The position numbers were made by a program, and so were the translations under genes. A stretch of DNA of 29,814 nucleotides from Octopus sinensis (Eukaryota), in the NCBI RefSeq assembly GCF_006345805.1, contig NW_021832679.1, positions 1 through 29,814 on the forward strand. The letters are read 5' to 3'. This document shows positions 26,801-29,814 of the stretch, in pieces (position 1 is the first letter of the stretch; each line of letters begins with the position of its first letter). The notes below the pieces were generated by a model that saw only the letters and a list, made by a program, of their open reading frames with translations, was not told where the DNA came from and ran no database searches.

Positions 26801-29226
26801 TATTTGTGTGTGTCTGTGAAGGAGAGTGGGGAAAGAGAGACATTGCTTGTCATGTATCAATTCGCACCACCCAAACCACCTCTTCCGTTACCATTTCATG
26901 ATCCGGTCTCACACCATATTCTTATATTATGTAACAAACTATATTACATCACGTTTCACCCTCAAATGCTATTGTGCCCCCACCGTAAAGTAGGGAACCC
27001 ATTTTATATGTCGGCCATAGAAACACAGTCATCCCAGTGTGAAGGAGAAGTGACGTAGTAAGGAGAGGAGATATTATTCCTAAATAACAATGATACAGGG
27101 TAGAAGAGATATCTCCTTGACATAACCTTTATACTGCTGATACCATGATAAAAAGAACCAGTCTATTCTACGAGGAATTCATAATGAAACAGCTCTCTAT
27201 CACACTTCTTTCATACCTTATATATGCTCTGACGTTTTGTGGAAATGTCATAAGAATGTTGAAGCTTAGAACACTAGAGAACAGATATAATGAAGCAAGG
27301 CCCTGATTGCGTTTTCTTGCACATACATTTTGTATATACAATTACACATATACAAATACAAAGGTAGCAACATCTTTCCATGTGTAGATCTAATGGCAAT
27401 TATTGTCAACTGTTGCAGAATTTAAGCAATGCATTGATTCGCAAATAAAGAAAAGTCACTGCAGATGTGTGACGATATTTCAGACAGTTGATGGCCGTCT
27501 ATAGATTGTAGTAATGTCTATTTTGGTGGGACGAATCCTCCCAGGCAGTTCCCCACACAACCAGAATTCTTTATCAGACTAACAGTATGAACAAAATACT
27601 AACTAAAATGTGTTGGTGTGCTGCCTCACTTGTGACACCAATTCTTACTTCCTTTACTTCACCTTCATTATCTAAAGATGTTTATTAATTCTGAAATATT
27701 AAAAGGCGGCGAGCTGGCACAATCACTAGAACGCAGGGTGGGGGAAAATGCTTAGCGGTATTTCGTCCGTCTCTACGTTCTGAGTTCAAATTTCGCCGAA
27801 ATCGATTTTACCTTTCAACCTTTCGGGGTCGATAAATTCATGTAATCGCATAGTCCCCTTAATGAAACAGCTCTGTATCACACTTCAGGACTTGTTTCTT
27901 CAATAGAAAGGATTAATTATGGATATATTATTGATATGTTTTGGATATGTCTGTATGATATTGATTTTGTTCTGTTTGAAGAACTTGCTATTTTGTAGGT
28001 GTTTTCTTTTCTGATATAACTTATATTATTATCATTGTTTTTGCGTTATATGTATTTATAACACAACAAATGTATCTCACCATGCTTCTATAAGTATTTC
28101 TTTTGGTATGACCAATCGGTTTTACCAAGCTAGTTTTATAAATAGATTTTTGTTGATTTGTTTTGTATTTTATTATTTTGATATTTGTTCCATTATATTT
28201 CTTTTATTTCACATGAAGCTATGATGTTTTTTGTATCTATAATATATATTTGTGTATTATTGAACTTACCATTGTTTAATCATTTGTAGTATGCCTTTAA
28301 GCTCTCTCTGACCCAGGGAAATAGGACTTGTAGCACTGTAGTTGCTACATACCTATTTCATTTTGGAGCCAACTTTTACCACCCAAATGGAGAGAATGTG
28401 ATTCCGCTGGACCTTATTCAGGACAGAAATTTGAAAGAAAAATTAAAAACCTTTTTACCACCACCGTAAGTATTTCCTGACAATGGCAAGATAAACCTTT
28501 ATGTTTTCTATTTTGCATGTAATCATGTTTAGAGCACAGGTCTACTACAACTAACTGGAAAAGGTTTAAAGAGGGGACAAGAAGCAGCAGTTAGTCAAGT
28601 AAGGACAGCAGTGAAAGCTGGATCATGCAAAATACAAGAATGAAAGAGAATGACAGAAAAGAGAAAAGTTAAAGAGTAATAAAGTGAAAAAAGGTGGATA
28701 GGTAGATCAGGTGTAGTGTTGGGGAATTTGAAGAAGTAGGGAATGTTCTGAAGCAAGCGGTGTCCCGACAGCTAACGATTGTGAGCAGGGGAAATATTTC
28801 TGAAAGTCATGGGGGTTGCACTGTTTATTGTTTTTATTTTTTGTATGTGTGTGTGTGCATGCGGGGATGTGCATGCGTGTGTGTGTGTGAACGTTTGCAT
28901 GTGTACACAGTTCGTATACACAAAATCTGTTTGAATGTAATTGTTAAAAGAAATCTCTTTCTAATGTAGACTTACTCATCATTGTTATGTCTCGTAATAT
29001 TCTCTACCTTGAACAGGTACACAATGTAATCTTTATTATAAATGAAAACTATTGTCGGGATGTGTTTGTATTTTGTTCCACAGATGTACATTTTGTCGAG
29101 TTACGTATGCTTCTTCAGAATTCAAACCCTGCAGACATACTGTCCTATGTCGTGGCTGTTATATCAGAATTAAGGGGGAATCATGCCCCACTTGTGAACA
29201 GCCAATAAGTGGTGTGAGAGAATTTG
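3115..29226 (+). CDS. Multi-exon ankyrin-repeat + RING-HC E3 ubiquitin ligase, Mind bomb (MIB1/MIB2)-like; probably incomplete at the 3' end, 5' end uncertain
   Basis: Six exons with canonical AG/GT sites join with matching intron phases (0,2,0,0,2), 833 nt in total. Translation: ..DIEPIVDIIRNNDVEGLKILLEEKPGD|INKRFGIFGQTPLIIASKVGADRRIIDILIDAGSQIGAKDSNGCTALHLAVNW|QEYQVVCAMLDK|DSVKFDMEGKHKMTPFLRAVESGHLGMIKKLLDKGAKVNAVNGEGNNCLHLALQND..LLDK|YAFKLS..VATYLFHFGANFYHPNGENVIPLDLIQDRNLKEKLKTFLPPP|CTFC..CRH..CRGC..CPTC. The post-ankyrin segment resembles MIB (recalled [25 protein letters not shown]). Orthology not established. Confidence 0.85.
3391..3606 (+). mobile_element. tRNA-derived SINE, family 2, with 12-bp target-site duplication
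   Basis: Flanked by the perfect direct repeat attcttgaccaa (3379-3390 and 3607-3618); homologous to 27705-27915 (tacgttctgag.tcaaatt.cgccga). Confidence 0.8.
4960..6268 (+). mobile_element. Decayed 3' part of a non-LTR retrotransposon with restriction-like endonuclease (HERO/NeSL-like)
   Basis: Broken frames give IDKSGLPGKFRAWLYQH..LPRLIWLL, EEFKVAKC, RQGLG, WTKWDLPERKLTWTDLWR, YDTLPTPTNL, a CCHC knuckle CRLCG..AHILVGC, and a degenerate RLE motif VDLGKRLQFP..TLRTDVVLW (consensus LRPD). Multiple stops and frameshifts; the RT core is absent. Confidence 0.8.
6390..6566 (+). mobile_element. 3' half of a family-1-related SINE
   Basis: ggtgttggtgtattt..atccc.gt and the tail ccccagcatggccg..actgaaacaagta match the other copies. 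Confidence 0.65.
6566..9192 (+). repeat. 2.6-kb polypurine (GA-rich) tract with minisatellite and higher-order structure
   Basis: Almost entirely A/G on +. The motif ggataaaaag recurs at 6804, 6913, 7144, 7266, 7489, 7611 and 7733. There is a 345-bp duplication (aattg 7008/7353; atcg 7191/7536) and ~190-bp units near 8677/8872/9061. Confidence 0.95.
9236..9393 (+). CDS. Exon B: ankyrin repeats
   Basis: Acceptor ctttcttcattacag ending 9235; donor TG|gtaagt (phase 2); contains the ankyrin motifs GQTPLIIA and GCTALHLAV. Confidence 0.93.
9593..20449 (+). repeat. ~10.9-kb degenerate (GAT)n trinucleotide array with kb-scale higher-order repeats
   Basis: GAT backbone with GAG/AAT/TAT/GTT/GCT/GAC variants. 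Landmark motifs recur (aaagctgcag at 16176, 18146, 19961), and the triplet phase shifts often. Confidence 0.97.
20732..20768 (+). CDS. Exon C: 37-nt microexon completing an ankyrin helix 2 (W-QEYQVVCAMLDK)
   Basis: Long polypyrimidine tract + ttcag acceptor ending 20731; donor AAG|gttagt. Phase 2 in and phase 0 out exactly bridge exons B and D. Confidence 0.85.
21062..21440 (+). mobile_element. Near full-length tRNA-derived SINE, family 1 (CORE-like ccttgggcaagt block, internal TA/TG microsatellite)
   Basis: Head ggcgcaggagtggctgtgtggtaag (A box) and ggttcagtccc (B box); tail ccagcatggccgcagtcaaataactgaaac. Confidence 0.85.
21467..21838 (-). mobile_element. Diverged family-1 SINE in the opposite orientation
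   Basis: The reverse complement reads caaggtgatgccccagcatggccgcagtcaaatgcctaaaac (tail) and gtaagtggatttggtaaatgaaaacagaaagaagc (body), with an internal (TG)n. Confidence 0.75.
22036..22440 (-). mobile_element. AT-rich Penelope-like element (pLTR) remnant adjoining a (TA)n microsatellite
   Basis: Inferred from the embedded minimal hammerhead motif with palindromic stem III, which is typical of Penelope-like elements. No ORF seen; boundaries approximate. Confidence 0.45.
22271..22371 (-). ncRNA. Minimal type I hammerhead ribozyme motif
   Basis: Minus strand: GAC-CUGAGGA-[76-nt stem II region]-GAAA-C-GUAC-G-UA-GUC. The conserved core is complete, stem I is GAC/GUC, stem III is the palindrome ACGUACGU, and the cleavage triplet is GUA. 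Confidence 0.65.
22445..23620 (-). mobile_element. Decayed CR1/L2-group LINE ORF2 (RT) fragment with internal deletion
   Basis: Minus-strand frames give AVKNIKTNPKFFYGYAK, SSTGSDGFPAIFLKK, KYKAVSLTSHVSKIVEHIV (consensus NYRPISLTS), GSHSGRSCLKQIL (consensus HGFRxGRSC), and the post-RT EHDLG...HIANMVAVCRHMAGWILRTFRTR. The YADD region is not seen. Confidence 0.8.
23691..23862. repeat. (TA)n microsatellite with three copies of catatatatatgcattcttata
   Basis: Visible directly in the sequence. Confidence 0.85.
24143..26180. mobile_element. Putative non-autonomous foldback DNA transposon (Kolobok/T2-MITE-like: TTAA flanks, AG..CT ends, long internal inverted arms)
   Basis: TTAA at 24139-24142 then AGGGAAATAT; the element ends GATATCTTCT then TTAA at 26181-26184, with weakly similar termini. 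The inverted arms ~24440-25040 and ~25480-26062 are clearly homologous. Superfamily assignment is inferred. Confidence 0.5.
25214..25447 (+). repeat. Two diverged tandem copies of a ~115-bp unit
   Basis: tacttttcagttagaaaat...gcttcg...ttgaggtgggg begins at 25214 and again at 25329. Confidence 0.85.
26559..26768 (+). CDS. Exon D: ankyrin repeats
   Basis: Acceptor ccacatag ending 26558; donor AAG|gtaagt; 210 nt; TPFLRAVESGHLGMIKKLLDKGAKVNAVNGEGNNCLHLAL. Confidence 0.93.
27705..27915 (+). mobile_element. tRNA-derived SINE, family 2
   Basis: Head ggcggcgagctggca; gagttcaaatt B-box-like; ctttc..cctttcggggtcgataaat; 3' agaaaggatt; homologous to 3391-3606. Confidence 0.75.
28290..28465 (+). CDS. 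Exon E: MIB-like terminal ankyrin segment and linker to the RING
   Basis: Acceptor catttgtag ending 28289; donor CC|gtaagt (phase 2); open frame YAFKLSLTQGNRTCSTVVATYLFHFGANFYHPNGENVIPLDLIQDRNLKEKLKTFLPP. Not listed in the ORF track. Confidence 0.88.
29084..29226 (+). CDS. Exon F: C3HC4 RING finger (MIB/IAP-type spacing)
   Basis: Acceptor ttccacag ending 29083; C-x2-C-x11-C-x-H-x3-C-x2-C-x8-C-x2-C. Probable donor G|gtaaga at 29226/29227; otherwise the frame reads through to TGA at 29241-29243. Confidence 0.9.
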
Positions 29227-29463
29227 GTAAGAAAACTATTTGATAATCTGTCTGTCTCATTGACTTTATGATATATAATATGTATATATGGTATTTAATG
29301 TACTTCAGAATTGTCGTTAGACCCAGATCTGCTATAATCTGGCAGATTTATGTTGAAAGATGTTCCAGGTGTCATTTCTCTGTGATAGTGTATCTCTCAC
29401 TACATCCACTAAACATTGTCTTTATCCAAATAGAAGACTTGTCACATTTCAAGAGGGTCCTGT

Positions 29464-29511
29464 CTGCAGCACAAGACTAATGAATCATGCTGCAGCACAA
29501 GACTAATGAAT
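29464..29511 (+). repeat. 22-bp perfect direct repeat, 26-bp period
   Basis: ctgcagcacaagactaatgaat at 29464 and at 29490. Confidence 0.85.
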
Positions 29512-29814
29512 GATATAGCAAAATAACTTGCAATTAACTGAAATATCAGTACATCCGTTTTTATATCAGTAAACACCAATTTCTAACAATTGATTGTGAG
29601 TCATCAAAGTTGATTAATGATTTATCAGTATCTAGGGAAGATGATGATTAAAGACAAAGATATTCCCAAGAACATCATTTTGAGATTTCCTGAAGTAAGA
29701 TATTTAATCATAAAATCTCAGGTGAGAGTTTGAGAACCAACATTAGAAAGTTTGACTGTTAAATCGGTTGTTCTGTGTAGGTGTAAATACTGGCAACTTG
29801 TAAAAAACGACATG

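Noticed and set aside
29464-29511. Short direct repeats (also 25214-25447) considered as CRISPR-like
   Set aside because: Only two copies, no proper spacers, and a eukaryotic intron context; these are simple tandem duplications.

Overview
Eukaryotic, AT-rich, repeat-dense genomic DNA. The SINE families and microsatellite style look like those of an octopus or other coleoid cephalopod; that is inferred from recall, not from a search. The window is spanned by one + strand multi-exon gene. Six GT-AG exons (3115-3223, 9236-9393, 20732-20768, 26559-26768, 28290-28465, 29084-29226) splice in frame to about 277 codons of ankyrin repeats followed by a C3HC4 RING finger, resembling the C-terminal half of Mind bomb (MIB1/MIB2) E3 ligases but with fewer ankyrin repeats. 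The introns contain a ~10.9-kb degenerate, higher-order (GAT)n array, a 2.6-kb polypurine minisatellite that starts at a SINE tail, a decayed RLE-type (HERO/NeSL-like) LINE and a decayed CR1-like LINE. They also hold tRNA-derived SINEs including a tail-to-tail inverted pair, a ~2-kb TTAA-flanked foldback element with ~600-bp diverged inverted arms, a 75-nt hairpin, and a minus-strand minimal type I hammerhead ribozyme motif with an unusually long stem II in a Penelope-like remnant. The long poly-D/M/I and poly-F/L/S ORFs in the ORF track are artefacts of the repeats.
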